The notes under the pieces are model-generated. The model worked only from the letters and a program-made list of their open reading frames with translations. It made no database searches and was not told where the DNA came from. Source: a virus (taxonomy: Duplodnaviria; Caudoviricetes). From it: a DNA stretch of 64,000 nt. The stretch is from positions 24,828 through 88,827 of the IMG/VR virus record IMGVR_UViG_3300002026_000008; one strand, 5' to 3'. Each line of letters opens with the position of its first letter. Position 1 is the first letter of the stretch. The position numbers were made by a program, and so were the translations under genes. This document shows, piece by piece, positions 9,562-20,051 of this stretch.

Positions 9562-10216
9562 ACTCCATTATTGTATATCCATTATTTGCTAACATTCCAT
9601 TGAAAATTGCTGTTTTACCGCTATTGATATACCATGTTGCAGAAGAACTAATACCTACTCGTGCAGAATAGGTTTGTTCAGATAATGTCCCCGGTATATC
9701 ATCAACCATAATTGTTAATGCCTGTGGTCTAGCAATAGTTGCAATTGATGCAGATTGTACACCGATACATGTTGCACCTCTGAATATTGCAGTAGATATC
9801 ACTCTGTTCGAAGTACCAGAATTAGCGCACACCGCAAAGTTTATACATATTTTAGAGGTTATTGTGGTGGGTGTCACGTTCTGCTGCCATATTTGTGTAC
9901 CAGCAGTTATTAATGGCGTGGTATTAGCTAATGCTATTAATGTTGTTCCTGATATCGCTGGGATATTACCAGATATCGACTGTAGCAACACATTTGGTGC
10001 TACAGGACTTAATAAGACCCATGCTACACCAGTGTCCCTGTAAATCAGATTTGTATCAGTTGTCACATATAATCTACCAACAGTACCAAATGATGGTCTT
10101 GCTGCAAAAGTACCTGAGGAAATACTTGGTGTATTACCGCCATTCAGCATCAATGGTAAACCATTGACATCTGGAACGATGTTAAAACTTTTAGAACCTA
10201 AAACATTGACCGACAT
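9554..10216 (-). CDS. Tail fibre/virion structural protein
   Basis: GGNTPSISSGTFAARP...LYVTTDTNLIYRDTG..W module shared with 10963..12366. Confidence 0.65.
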   Translation of the reverse strand: MSVNVLGSKSFNIVPDVNGLPLMLNGGNTPSISSGTFAARPSFGTVGRLYVTTDTNLIYRDTGVAWVLLSPVAPNVLLQSISGNIPAISGTTLIALANTTPLITAGTQIWQQNVTPTTITSKICINFAVCANSGTSNRVISTAIFRGATCIGVQSASIATIARPQALTIMVDDIPGTLSEQTYSARVGISSSATWYINSGKTAIFNGMLANNGYTIMEFA

Positions 10217-10253
10217 TAGAAATTACTCCTTCAATTGTACTTTACTTTATTTA

Positions 10254-10961
10254 TTAGCCTAGAGGTGGTCGTAGATTACCTGACACATAACCTGGAGTAA
10301 ATGTAACAGTCGGAGTTCTAACAGAATTGCTTACAAGATTGCTTATGGGGCCGGCATATGCAGTTTGATTATAAATTACACCAACAGGTTGACCTGCAAT
10401 ACCTTCATCAAATTCATATCTAGCTACACAACCATATACAATACCGTGTCTGTTGCCAAATGATTGGTAAATGGTTTGAATTTCATTCGGTGTTAATGTA
10501 CGATTGTAATAGTCATAAGTGTCAACCTGAAATGTTCCTGTTTCTGAGCCGCCGCCGCCAGTAAAACCATTTAAAAATACTTGTGCAAATGATCCGGCTA
10601 ATTGTGCAGAGGTTGAGGTATTATTAAGGACGCCATTGACATAAACACGGTGTGTTGTTGCATCATAGGTATAGCAAACATGGACCCATACTCCACTAGG
10701 CATAGTGATGCCAGTAGTTGATACAAGAATACCACCGCCCCATGTCCAAATATCACATTGACCGCTAGTTCTACTGCCAATTTGAACAGCCGTTCCGCCA
10801 GATGCTTGATATAAACCTACATAACTACGAGTGCCTGCATTTCCATCCCATGCAGCATTAATCCAAACCGAAATACTAGATGCTAATTGTGAATTTTGAA
10901 AAAATGTTGCATCAGTAGCATTTGCTACTGAATCACCATTTACGGTAAATTGAACTGCCAT
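10254..10961 (-). CDS. LamG/concanavalin A-like lectin domain virion protein
   Basis: Likely start MAVQF at 10961; SISVWIN, GVWVHVCYTYDATTHRVYVNGVL, YNRTLTPNEIQTIY. Confidence 0.8.
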   Translation of the reverse strand: MAVQFTVNGDSVANATDATFFQNSQLASSISVWINAAWDGNAGTRSYVGLYQASGGTAVQIGSRTSGQCDIWTWGGGILVSTTGITMPSGVWVHVCYTYDATTHRVYVNGVLNNTSTSAQLAGSFAQVFLNGFTGGGGSETGTFQVDTYDYYNRTLTPNEIQTIYQSFGNRHGIVYGCVARYEFDEGIAGQPVGVIYNQTAYAGPISNLVSNSVRTPTVTFTPGYVSGNLRPPLG

Positions 10962-10962
10962 A

Positions 10963-12366
10963 TTATGCAAATTCCAGAGTAAATTCAATAAGAAGCCAAG
11001 GATAAGCAAGATTTGTACCAGCAGCAACAGTTGTCTTGCGCGTAAATTCCATTTGATATAAACCACCTACGACTAATCCTAATGAGGATAACGTAAACGT
11101 TTGTGAATTATATTGGTAATAATTGTTAGTTGGTATCACAACTGTCGTTAAATCTACACCAGCAGACCATGCGCCTACAGCGGCATTATTGTTAATCGAT
11201 CTGATAAACACTCTATTCTGTACTGCTGCAGCAGATATGGGAGCAGTTTGTGCTCTTCCTTTTGTTCTAATTGTCATTGTTACTGCACCAGTTGGAATAG
11301 GAACAATAACCGAAACTCCTTGTTCTATCGTATTGCTGAATGATCTAACATTCAATGCAGTATTCAATGGGTCAGATATAGTTGGCGCTAATGCATTTAC
11401 TGCAAAGTCTGCAGTATTTGGTGAATCTAAGCTATTAGCAAAATATGTGAGAGTTCTAACAACACCAGACGATGCAAAAATTAAGTCCCAAGTAGAACCA
11501 GTGTCACGGTATAACACCTTAGAATCTGTTGCTAAAAATAATGCGCCAGGCGTAGATGCAGCCGGTCTGTTTGCAAATAAATCTTCACGTATTGACGGCG
11601 TACCGCCGCCGTCAACAACTTGAGCTTCATTACTAACATTAGATAAATTTACATCAGCTGACGTCAATGTCACCGGACCAACTCTGCCATTTACAGAATA
11701 TACGCTTGCAGTTGGGAGTACTGATAAACCGTTTGCAATAACAACTATTCTGATTTGTGTAGAATTGCCATAAACTGTTACCCGAACAGTGTCAATATCA
11801 GTTAGTACTATACTGTCAGCTTCAACTACTGCACCCGTCACATTATTGTAAAGCAGAATAACAACATCTTTAGTACCTAAATTATGTGTATAATCTGAAT
11901 AATACAGATTACCAGATGCGATAACCCAACCAGATAATAACCCGCTAGATGAGGTAGGTGTTGTTGCAGTGTTTACCCAGTCTGTACCATCATAAGATAA
12001 AATGTTATTTAACGTCGGTGAGGTGATCACTACATCAGAAATATCCTTAGCACTTAATGAAAGCGTTCTAAATGAAGGAATAGCTGAACCTACTATTGGA
12101 CCAGCAAACACCTTATTTGCCGTCTGTGCAGTAAAATTAGCACTATTTGCTAATACATATGCTTCTGATGCAATAGTATCCCATGTTGAACCATTATAGA
12201 TTTCAGATTTTACCAGTGTCGTATTAAAACGGGTAGCGCCTGCTGAAGGAGCAGCAGGTCGATCGGAAGTTGCTCCTTTAGGTATTACTAAAGACCCAAG
12301 TCCACCAATAGTAATGCTGCCAGTATTATCTGGTGTAATTACTTCAAACGAATAATCAAAATCCAC
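10963..12366 (-). CDS. Modular tail fibre protein
   Basis: GTG start; RFNTTLVKSEIYNGSTW, YTHNLGT, SVNGRVGPVTLT and GGGTPSI modules. Confidence 0.75.
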   Translation of the reverse strand: MDFDYSFEVITPDNTGSITIGGLGSLVIPKGATSDRPAAPSAGATRFNTTLVKSEIYNGSTWDTIASEAYVLANSANFTAQTANKVFAGPIVGSAIPSFRTLSLSAKDISDVVITSPTLNNILSYDGTDWVNTATTPTSSSGLLSGWVIASGNLYYSDYTHNLGTKDVVILLYNNVTGAVVEADSIVLTDIDTVRVTVYGNSTQIRIVVIANGLSVLPTASVYSVNGRVGPVTLTSADVNLSNVSNEAQVVDGGGTPSIREDLFANRPAASTPGALFLATDSKVLYRDTGSTWDLIFASSGVVRTLTYFANSLDSPNTADFAVNALAPTISDPLNTALNVRSFSNTIEQGVSVIVPIPTGAVTMTIRTKGRAQTAPISAAAVQNRVFIRSINNNAAVGAWSAGVDLTTVVIPTNNYYQYNSQTFTLSSLGLVVGGLYQMEFTRKTTVAAGTNLAYPWLLIEFTLEFA

Positions 12367-12435
12367 AGTTTGCCTCTATCTTATAGAAATTAGGTTGTGC
12401 AGCAAGGGTTTAGACTAGCTGCACAATGTTACTTT

Positions 12436-15162
12436 TTAGTTAGTTACTTCCGTTGTCTGAACCGTGGCTACCCAACGAACAGTTTTGGCGTTTTCACCAA
12501 TAACTGAGATAGACAATGAACCATTAGTCGTATCAGCAGCTACACTAACATTCCATACTGCATTTGTTTCACCAAGAATAACACGCGATGGCGTACCAAC
12601 AAAAGTAGTTGATGCAGCTGTAGCGTCTTTGCGAATAACACCCTCTAAGCGATAACCTGCACCACCGCCAGTAGCATCAGTTCTACGTCCAGCAACAGTA
12701 ATAGAGAAAGTTACTACAGAGTTATTAGGAACAACTAAACGCTGTGTAGCTGCTGAACCATCAAGGAAAAGTTCAGTAGCTGTTGTGTTATTTGTGATAT
12801 TACGAAGTACATAAACACCATGCTGAGCATCACCAGCAGCTGTAAAAGATCCGGAGGCAAAGGCTTTTGAGCCATAAAGAACTGCAGCTGCACCAGAACC
12901 GACTGCCATAGCTCCACTACCCGCAGCAGCCGCACCAGAACCGATAGCAACAGCATTTGTGCCTGCTGCTGTAGGTGCAGTTGGAGTAACTGAATTTTCA
13001 ACATACAGTTTAATAGGCAAATCTGCATATGCTAAAGCTCTAAATGTTGGAGCACCAGTTGAACCATTAGGACCAGCAAAGATAGTGTTCGTTGCTTGAT
13101 TTGTTAATGATGCCGTTAGTGTTCCAGTTGTTGTAACAGGTGAACCAGAAATCGTAAAGATCGATGGCATGGACAATGCAACTGAAGTAACACCAGTATT
13201 TGCGATTGTTAGTGTTCCTGCAGCACCATTAACACTAATACCTGTACCACCAGTGATCGTTTTGTATTCAAGACCCGAAGCACCAGTATTAACAGCAAGC
13301 ACCTGATTAGCAGTACCGATAGAGGTAAGACCTGTACCACCGTTTGCAGTAACAATGGTACCAGCAAGAGTCAAAGTACCTGAACCGGTGATTGGGCCAC
13401 CAGATACCGTAAGACCAGTAGTACCACCAGAAAGAGCAACAGAGGTAACAGTACCATCATTGATCCAAACTATACCATTACTCTTTTCAAACGTGCTTGT
13501 CGTTTGATTATAACGCATCATTGCTGCAGTAGCAGCAGGACGTTGAGCAGTTGTACCTGATGGAAGAACAACACCCGAAGTACCAGGTAGAACTGGGTTA
13601 GCAGCTATTGCTATAGTAGGAGCACCAGTACCGTTACCATTCGTGACAGTGATCTGATTAGTAGTGCCAGTAATCGTTACTGGCACATAAGTACCTGCAC
13701 CAGTTCTAGCAACTAGACCGAGAGCAGCAAGACCTGATAGACCTTGAAGTTCAGTGCCAAGAGTTAGTGAAATTGTTCCAGTGGTGGTAATTGGCGAACC
13801 TGAAACGGCAAGACCAGTAGAACCGGTAACTGCAACGGATGTAACACCAGTGTTATTGACCGTGATGGTACCAGCAGTATTAACAACACTAACACCAGTA
13901 CCACTAACAACAGACTTGTATTCAAGGCCAGAAGCACCTGCATTCACACCAAGAATCTGATTAGCAGTACCAATGGAAGCAAGGCCGGTACCACCGAGAT
14001 TTTGTGCAACCGGCGTAATTAATGAGAATGTAGTACCAGTGAGGTTAAGACCTGTACCAGCCGAGTACGTACCTGGACCACCAAACTGCGTCCATGTGAT
14101 ATTAGATGTACCCAAGGTAATAGGATCAACAGTCGTAACAGTCCAGAATGTTTTAGCGTTCAGGGTACCAGCTTCAACATAGGTCGTAGAACCTGACCAT
14201 GATGTAATTGCTGTACCGGTCATATCATTAGCACGGGCTAATGTAGTACCATTGTAAACATAAATGCCATTCTGTGATGCAATAGATTGATTTTTAAGTA
14301 AGATTCGATCACCAGAAACAAGCACACGACCATCAATAGATGCAGGTGGAGTTGCGATATTGATGTTACCATCTGCAGCAGTTGTTGCAGCATCAACTGA
14401 TTGCTTGATATCAAGACCTTGAGCAGTCATATCAACATATTGCTTTGTAGCCACATCGGAAGCATTAGTCGGAGTAGCTACGCCAGTAACGGTACCAGCA
14501 GTGAATGTCAAGTTACCTGACATGGTATCGCCTGCGCGATTCACTGGAGTATATCCAAGTGATGCGGTAATATCTGCAGCGATAACAGCTGAAGTTGCAG
14601 TTACGCGGCCTTTAGAATCAGTTGTGAATTTCTGGAACAGATTAGTTACAGGAGTACCAACTGAAATAAGGTCGAGCGTTGGTGCACCAGATACGCCAGA
14701 ACCATTGACAATTGAGATATCACCTGCCGTACCAGCAATTGCCGTTGTTGCATAGGTACCAGCACCAGTACGAACCATTAAACCAGTAGTTGACAAGCCT
14801 GAAAGACCCTGCAATTCTGTGCTTAGCGTCAAGGTGATAGTACCAGATGACGTGATAGGTGAACCAGATGAAGATATACCTGTTCCGCCTGCAACACTTA
14901 CTGATGATACTGTGCCAGAAACCGTTGAAAGTGCAGACCAAGTAGCACCATTATAAAATTCCAATGAACTCGTGGATGAGTTACCACGTAGCATTGCAAA
15001 TGATGGTGTCGATGGCTGCTGTGCTGATGAACCAGCTGGTAAACCTAATGCACCCGTACCGATAAGCATTAAGCTACCGGTCGTTCCACCTAGCGGCGGC
15101 GCAATAGTTGTGTCAAGTGTTAAAATCGAATCTACTTGACCGGTATCATGATTAAAATTCAT
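12436..15162 (-). CDS. Long tail fibre protein with internal repeats
   Basis: 908 aa, Gly/Thr/Ser-rich; repeated GSPIT..GTI.LTL.TELQGLSGL and GGTGL.SIGTANQ.L.VN.GASGLEYK; DRILLKNQ..QNGIY module. Confidence 0.85.
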   Translation of the reverse strand: MNFNHDTGQVDSILTLDTTIAPPLGGTTGSLMLIGTGALGLPAGSSAQQPSTPSFAMLRGNSSTSSLEFYNGATWSALSTVSGTVSSVSVAGGTGISSSGSPITSSGTITLTLSTELQGLSGLSTTGLMVRTGAGTYATTAIAGTAGDISIVNGSGVSGAPTLDLISVGTPVTNLFQKFTTDSKGRVTATSAVIAADITASLGYTPVNRAGDTMSGNLTFTAGTVTGVATPTNASDVATKQYVDMTAQGLDIKQSVDAATTAADGNINIATPPASIDGRVLVSGDRILLKNQSIASQNGIYVYNGTTLARANDMTGTAITSWSGSTTYVEAGTLNAKTFWTVTTVDPITLGTSNITWTQFGGPGTYSAGTGLNLTGTTFSLITPVAQNLGGTGLASIGTANQILGVNAGASGLEYKSVVSGTGVSVVNTAGTITVNNTGVTSVAVTGSTGLAVSGSPITTTGTISLTLGTELQGLSGLAALGLVARTGAGTYVPVTITGTTNQITVTNGNGTGAPTIAIAANPVLPGTSGVVLPSGTTAQRPAATAAMMRYNQTTSTFEKSNGIVWINDGTVTSVALSGGTTGLTVSGGPITGSGTLTLAGTIVTANGGTGLTSIGTANQVLAVNTGASGLEYKTITGGTGISVNGAAGTLTIANTGVTSVALSMPSIFTISGSPVTTTGTLTASLTNQATNTIFAGPNGSTGAPTFRALAYADLPIKLYVENSVTPTAPTAAGTNAVAIGSGAAAAGSGAMAVGSGAAAVLYGSKAFASGSFTAAGDAQHGVYVLRNITNNTTATELFLDGSAATQRLVVPNNSVVTFSITVAGRRTDATGGGAGYRLEGVIRKDATAASTTFVGTPSRVILGETNAVWNVSVAADTTNGSLSISVIGENAKTVRWVATVQTTEVTN

Positions 15163-15178
15163 ATTTGTTTCTCCTAGT

Positions 15179-16264
15179 TTAATTCGTTACTTCTAATGTT
15201 TCAACCAATGCCACCCAACGAATTGTTTTCGATAGTTCACCAGTTGCTGTTATTTTCAGTGATCCATTACCTGCATCTGATACTATATTTATATCCCAGC
15301 TTGTATTTGATCTAGCTAAAATAGTTTTTGATACTTGTCCCAGTAACATCGTTGTTGCTGCTCCAGATGCACGGTAAATTACTCCCGATGCCTCAAATCC
15401 AGCATGACCATCATCGGAATCCGTTTGATGTGCTGTTACTAAAATTCTAAATGACCAAGTTGAATTATCCTGAAGTGTTAATCTAGTAGAACCATTTGTT
15501 CCATCTAAAAATAATTCAACTGGAGCATTGTTCACTGAATGTGAACGTAACAGATAACGGCCAGCTTGTGCATCACCGGTTGATGCGAATCGTCCATTTG
15601 CTTGAACAACTCCACCATTTATTCTAGCAAGAGATTGTTTACCTATTGCTAAAGAATCAGTAGCTACAGCATTAGCACCTTCACCTAATGCTATCGAATT
15701 TTCTCCAAGAGCGCTAGCAGGTGTAAAACCTACTCCGACATTTTCTTGATACAGTTTTAATGGTAAATCATTATACGTTAATGTAACACCATAACCACTT
15801 ATAGTCGACGGTGTATTTACTATTGTTGACCATTGCTGTGTAGTACTACCAGCAACAACACGACCTTTGGAATCTGTAGTAACCCCTACGAATGATCCAG
15901 ATGTTCCTATGTCAGATAAATCAAGAAGTAATGTTTCATTACCATTCGGTGTTACTAAAGTTTTAGTTAAATTATTTGTTACTGTAAGCTTATCAAATAA
16001 GAATCCACCTGTGGTATCTGAACCGTTAATTATCGTTTGACCAGCTAAAATAGTTGGTGAAATTACGCGATTCCAGTCTAGATCATTTACGCCAACCTTT
16101 AAGAAGACACCGTCATTACTACTAAACCATAGTGAACCATTTGGTGCAGATGTTCCAGCACCTGACGATGGACTAGATAAAGCAGATGCTATTGCTATAC
16201 CTGTTTCCTCAAAGACTAAACCATTCTGTATTGCAAAGGCGTCTAATAAATCTACGTAGGCCAT
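15179..16264 (-). CDS. Tail fibre protein sharing C-terminal domain with 12436..15162
   Basis: Shared GDAQ.G.Y.LR...ELFLDG...RL...RWVA.V.T.EVTN C-terminal domain. Confidence 0.75.
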   Translation of the reverse strand: MAYVDLLDAFAIQNGLVFEETGIAIASALSSPSSGAGTSAPNGSLWFSSNDGVFLKVGVNDLDWNRVISPTILAGQTIINGSDTTGGFLFDKLTVTNNLTKTLVTPNGNETLLLDLSDIGTSGSFVGVTTDSKGRVVAGSTTQQWSTIVNTPSTISGYGVTLTYNDLPLKLYQENVGVGFTPASALGENSIALGEGANAVATDSLAIGKQSLARINGGVVQANGRFASTGDAQAGRYLLRSHSVNNAPVELFLDGTNGSTRLTLQDNSTWSFRILVTAHQTDSDDGHAGFEASGVIYRASGAATTMLLGQVSKTILARSNTSWDINIVSDAGNGSLKITATGELSKTIRWVALVETLEVTN

Positions 16265-16327
16265 GTAATATGCTTTCCATTTAAAATAGGTAATTGCTAG
16301 AGCAATTTAATACTCTAGCAATTAGAA

Positions 16328-17644
16328 TTACACGATGGACGAAAGTCTCTTCGACACAACGTTTACGTTGATACCAGCACCAACAGTAAGAACAAGAGCT
16401 GAACCAACTAGCGTAACATCAACTACAACAGCTGGAATAGCTGCACCAAGCTTCAATACTGAGAATTTTGTAAAGTCAGCAATAGCACCATTCTGTGCAG
16501 CAAATACTTTGCATGCATACACGTTCAATGGATTAGATGCATCTGTTACAACAACATCCCATTCAGCAACCATTGCACCAGTAATTTTGTCAACAGCTTG
16601 AATAGTAGAAACACCAGAAGCTACAACCTTAAGATCAGTTTGAGCTAAAGCAGCATCTAATGCAGACACTGCAGCTGTTACTGATTGACCCTGTGACAAA
16701 TATGTGATAGAGGTATAGTTAGGAGTACCGGTGCCAACAATTTTACCAAGGAAGGTGTCTACTGAAGCTACTTCATTATCAAGAGCTTTGATATTAGCAT
16801 TTACGCCAGCGGTCGATAAAACAACCGTGCCGCTAATAAGATTAGAACCTAATTCGGTATCCAATTTACCAATTGCAACCTGCAACGAATCATTGTTTGC
16901 TACAAAGTTGTTAGAGGTATAAGCTGGCAAATGATTGCCGGCCGTTTTACCAATAAACGCATTTTCATAACCGGTTTCGGTATCTAGTTGCGCAATAGCG
17001 GCTTCCAATGATGTACCATTGGTGACAACATTTGTCGATGAATACGTCGGAGTAATTGAACCAATACCTGATTTACCAATGAAGGTGCGAATATAAGCAT
17101 CTTCTTGTGTAGTTGCAGCATCAGTAATGACCCATAGAGAACCATTGAATGTAAGTGTCTTACCGGCATCAGAGCCGCTAGTAACATACGTTGTATCGCC
17201 GGCAGTTACACCCGATGGATCAACAAGTGAAAAAGTACCAGTTACCCGATCATACGAGTAAATATCAGGGGTTGATAACAACTCATTAAACAATACATGT
17301 TGACCATTGGTGACGGTAACTCCATCAATAACGATTGGTGTATTAGCCGTGCCTAATGGCAATGTAGTATCTGAAGCTGCTACGACAACAGCAGGTTTCC
17401 ATGTTGTACCAACAACTGCTAAACTTTGCACATATGACTGCGTAGCCATTTGTGACCAACGAACAGTACCAACACCAGATGAAATTTTCATCCATAGCGA
17501 ACCGTCATTTTGATTGGTGTAGTAAGAACCACGTGGAGCAGCATCAGTATTAGTTGATGAGCCTGGTGGTACGGTGCCTGTTAGAAACTGCGATGCATCA
17601 TCGAGCTCTAGGCCTCTATAGACGCGAAAAAAGTCTTCACTCAT
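16328..17644 (-). CDS. Virion structural/tail-associated protein
   Basis: 438 aa; GTVPPG, RGSYY..GSLWMK module; repeated AIAQLD/AIGKLD/AVSALD; ATAAATA upstream at 17668-17674. Confidence 0.7.
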   Translation of the reverse strand: MSEDFFRVYRGLELDDASQFLTGTVPPGSSTNTDAAPRGSYYTNQNDGSLWMKISSGVGTVRWSQMATQSYVQSLAVVGTTWKPAVVVAASDTTLPLGTANTPIVIDGVTVTNGQHVLFNELLSTPDIYSYDRVTGTFSLVDPSGVTAGDTTYVTSGSDAGKTLTFNGSLWVITDAATTQEDAYIRTFIGKSGIGSITPTYSSTNVVTNGTSLEAAIAQLDTETGYENAFIGKTAGNHLPAYTSNNFVANNDSLQVAIGKLDTELGSNLISGTVVLSTAGVNANIKALDNEVASVDTFLGKIVGTGTPNYTSITYLSQGQSVTAAVSALDAALAQTDLKVVASGVSTIQAVDKITGAMVAEWDVVVTDASNPLNVYACKVFAAQNGAIADFTKFSVLKLGAAIPAVVVDVTLVGSALVLTVGAGINVNVVSKRLSSIV

Positions 17645-17670
17645 TTTAAATCTCCTTTAATTTCAATTAT

Positions 17671-18433
17671 TTATGTACGACCTAGTTTCCAGCCGTCGTT
17701 AAGTTTAATCTGTACTTCATCTTTATACACTAGTGTGCTTGATCCATTTAACGTCATCCAACATCTACCACCACGTTTATTAGCAGTTGCAGACATCTTA
17801 GCTCTAGCCTCGTCATTATGTTTGACGCCTCTTTTGGCGTCAAACATAATGACGAGTTTCAGCTGATCTGTTTCTTGCCACTACTGATAATTTTGCTTTT
17901 GTTTCTGTTGAATGGTGTTTACCAGTCCAATCTCTATTATTATTACCTATCAATGCTTTAGCAATAGCGGATTTATGCTCATCTGACTTAACTTTTCCTC
18001 TATGGCTATTAGACATTGCTAATTTTGTTTCTTCACTATGCGATTTACCAAGCATTGAGTGCATATTTTCAGTATTGCTTTTAGGTTTTCTCATTGCAAG
18101 GCAATGATCATCAGATTTAAGAACACCTTTCATTACTACTTTCATATGTTCTGAATGCGCCATTGAAAACCGGCGTTTCATCCAACCATATTGTTTATTT
18201 CCTCGTGTTAACATCATCATATTAGCAGCATAAATCAAGCTTCTATTGGAATATATTTTCACCAATAACAAATGAGCAACATAATGTTCTTCAGGCGTCA
18301 GCTTTACTAAATTTTCTGTTTCATCTGAACCATTCATACATCTAGGAATGATATGATGAACCTCACCATACTCGTCAAAACTTCTACCTCTTGCACGAGT
18401 TATCAAATTATCATAATGAAGTAAATAATTCAT
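17671..18433 (-). pseudogene. HNH homing endonuclease with NUMOD3-like repeats, frameshifted near 17845
   Basis: EVHHIIPRCMNG..ENLVKLTPEEHYVAH. ORF stops at 17840, but another frame continues AKRGVKHNDEARAKMS...WMTLNG...LNDGWKLGRT to TAA at 17671. Confidence 0.8.
17809..17856. repeat. Perfect 21-bp inverted repeat inside HNH gene
   Basis: ctcgtcattatgtttgacgcc / 6-nt loop / ggcgtcaaacataatgacgag. Confidence 0.95.
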
Positions 18434-19086
18434 TAAAAGTTATGCATTCTAATAATCTCAATAAGCAGATCATTAGGGGTGTTATTTGTTACATTTAACT
18501 TTAAATCATTACCCATTTGAGTAACAGATATTGATACGCTAAACTGATCACCAACCTGTGCATATCGTGTGAATGCTGGTGGTTTTGTTGCTCCTCTTGA
18601 TACAGCTAAAATTTCCATCATTGCTACTTTATCATTGATATTATCGATAATGGAAACTAACCATTTACAAGTTCTATTGATAGCCGTGGTGGTAAATATA
18701 TCAACATTGCCAGTTGTCAACGTGCTAATAATCTGTGGTCCTGCTGCCGGCGCTGTAACATTCTGTGAAGTTAAAAACTTCGCAAGTGTGCCAGCTGTTA
18801 TACGATGATCGACTACAGTATCAAGACCCCATGGTTGTGGTACTGTTGATTCCCAACCTCTACCATTTGGGGCTACATGCAAAACATCGTTTACACGGCC
18901 AGAAATTTTTATTATTTCATTTGTTGTGGCTGGGCTATTTTCTAAGGTTATTAGAAAGAAATCATCAGTTGATACCGGTTGAGGATATAGATTGCCAGTG
19001 CCTGGCATAACAGTAATTGTTAAATCATTTACTGATAACGGGGCTTCTAATAGCGAAATTGCATTATTGGTAAATAGCTGTGGCAT
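18433..19086 (-). CDS. Virion structural protein (tail-associated)
   Basis: FTNNAISLL..L...DLTITV..G.G..YP N-terminus typical of tail proteins; RG.EST..Q.W...V.HRITAGTL. Confidence 0.65.
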   Translation of the reverse strand: MPQLFTNNAISLLEAPLSVNDLTITVMPGTGNLYPQPVSTDDFFLITLENSPATTNEIIKISGRVNDVLHVAPNGRGWESTVPQPWGLDTVVDHRITAGTLAKFLTSQNVTAPAAGPQIISTLTTGNVDIFTTTAINRTCKWLVSIIDNINDKVAMMEILAVSRGATKPPAFTRYAQVGDQFSVSISVTQMGNDLKLNVTNNTPNDLLIEIIRMHNF

Positions 19087-19304
19087 TATTCCTCCACAGT
19101 GCCATGATAACGGCTAACTAAATCCTTTAGTCGTTTTAAGGTGTTTGGACATTCTTTATTTGCAGAGATCGAAAACATATCAGCCTCTTTTAACGGAATA
19201 TGGATGGTATGTTTTGATATTCCCATTTCAACAATAAATTCTTGAAATAGAACTCGGTCTTTTATCTTATCAAGACCTGTTAAGAAATCGAATTTTTGTT
19301 TCAC
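19086..19304 (-). CDS. Hypothetical protein
   Basis: 72 aa coupled ORF. Confidence 0.5.
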   Translation of the reverse strand: MKQKFDFLTGLDKIKDRVLFQEFIVEMGISKHTIHIPLKEADMFSISANKECPNTLKRLKDLVSRYHGTVEE

Positions 19305-19312
19305 AGTAAGGC

Positions 19313-19822
19313 CTATCTATTAATATGACCACGATAATCTTCGTAATATTTAAGAAACTTCGAGCGACTAAAATGATTACCACCAACAGCATTTTTGATG
19401 TCGATAATATCTTCTAATCTATAACTCTTTTCATTCTCACATAATACCTGAAGACCTCTACTAATTTCTTCCTTAGCATGAAGTTTCAGCCTTTCGACTC
19501 TGGTACTAATTTCATCATCTTCTAATTCACGATCAGCATCTAGAATAGTTATAGTGTCTTTGGGTTGTGGTAGATGAAATTTGCGTTTAATAACACCTAA
19601 TGCACGTAACACCTTTTGAGTTTCAACAAATTGCACCTTAACACCATTCACTTTTTCGATATCAAAAAAGTAAACTACATGCGGAGTATCTGTTGACTCA
19701 GCATTTTTAGGTTTTGCATAAACCGCTGGGCCACGTGTTTTGTAATTCGTGTATGATAACACGACTAATTCACCATCATCTTTTGTTATGATGATATCAT
19801 TTACAAGTGGCACAATCAACAT
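19313..19822 (-). CDS. Hypothetical protein
   Basis: 169 aa ORF. Confidence 0.65.
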   Translation of the reverse strand: MLIVPLVNDIIITKDDGELVVLSYTNYKTRGPAVYAKPKNAESTDTPHVVYFFDIEKVNGVKVQFVETQKVLRALGVIKRKFHLPQPKDTITILDADRELEDDEISTRVERLKLHAKEEISRGLQVLCENEKSYRLEDIIDIKNAVGGNHFSRSKFLKYYEDYRGHINR

Positions 19823-20034
19823 TACTCAACCTCTTCTAAGTCAGTATCATCACCATAATCCATATCATCGTCAATAGCCTGCTCTGCGAGTTCTCGTAAA
19901 TACTGTTTAAAACCTACGCGGGCTTTGCGTGTTGCTAAAGGATCATGGCTTTCATTAAATCCTCGTGCATGGCGCTTCTTTTTATCAATATGCTTTGGCT
20001 TACGTGGTACGGCGATCTCGTTAAAATCATCCAT
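19822..20034 (-). CDS. Small charged hypothetical protein
   Basis: 70 aa; basic centre, acidic tail. Confidence 0.55.
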   Translation of the reverse strand: MDDFNEIAVPRKPKHIDKKKRHARGFNESHDPLATRKARVGFKQYLRELAEQAIDDDMDYGDDTDLEEVE

Positions 20035-20051
20035 TGTGCTAAACTCTCCTG

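Noticed and set aside
457-17513. Many 60-170 aa ORFs antisense or out of frame to tail-fibre genes (e.g. 672..917, 868..1107, 1004..1192, 11123..11623, 12735..13028, 14501..14755)
   Set aside because: Shadows of Gly/Thr/Ala-rich coding strands; they lie entirely within better-supported genes and lack RBS or motifs.
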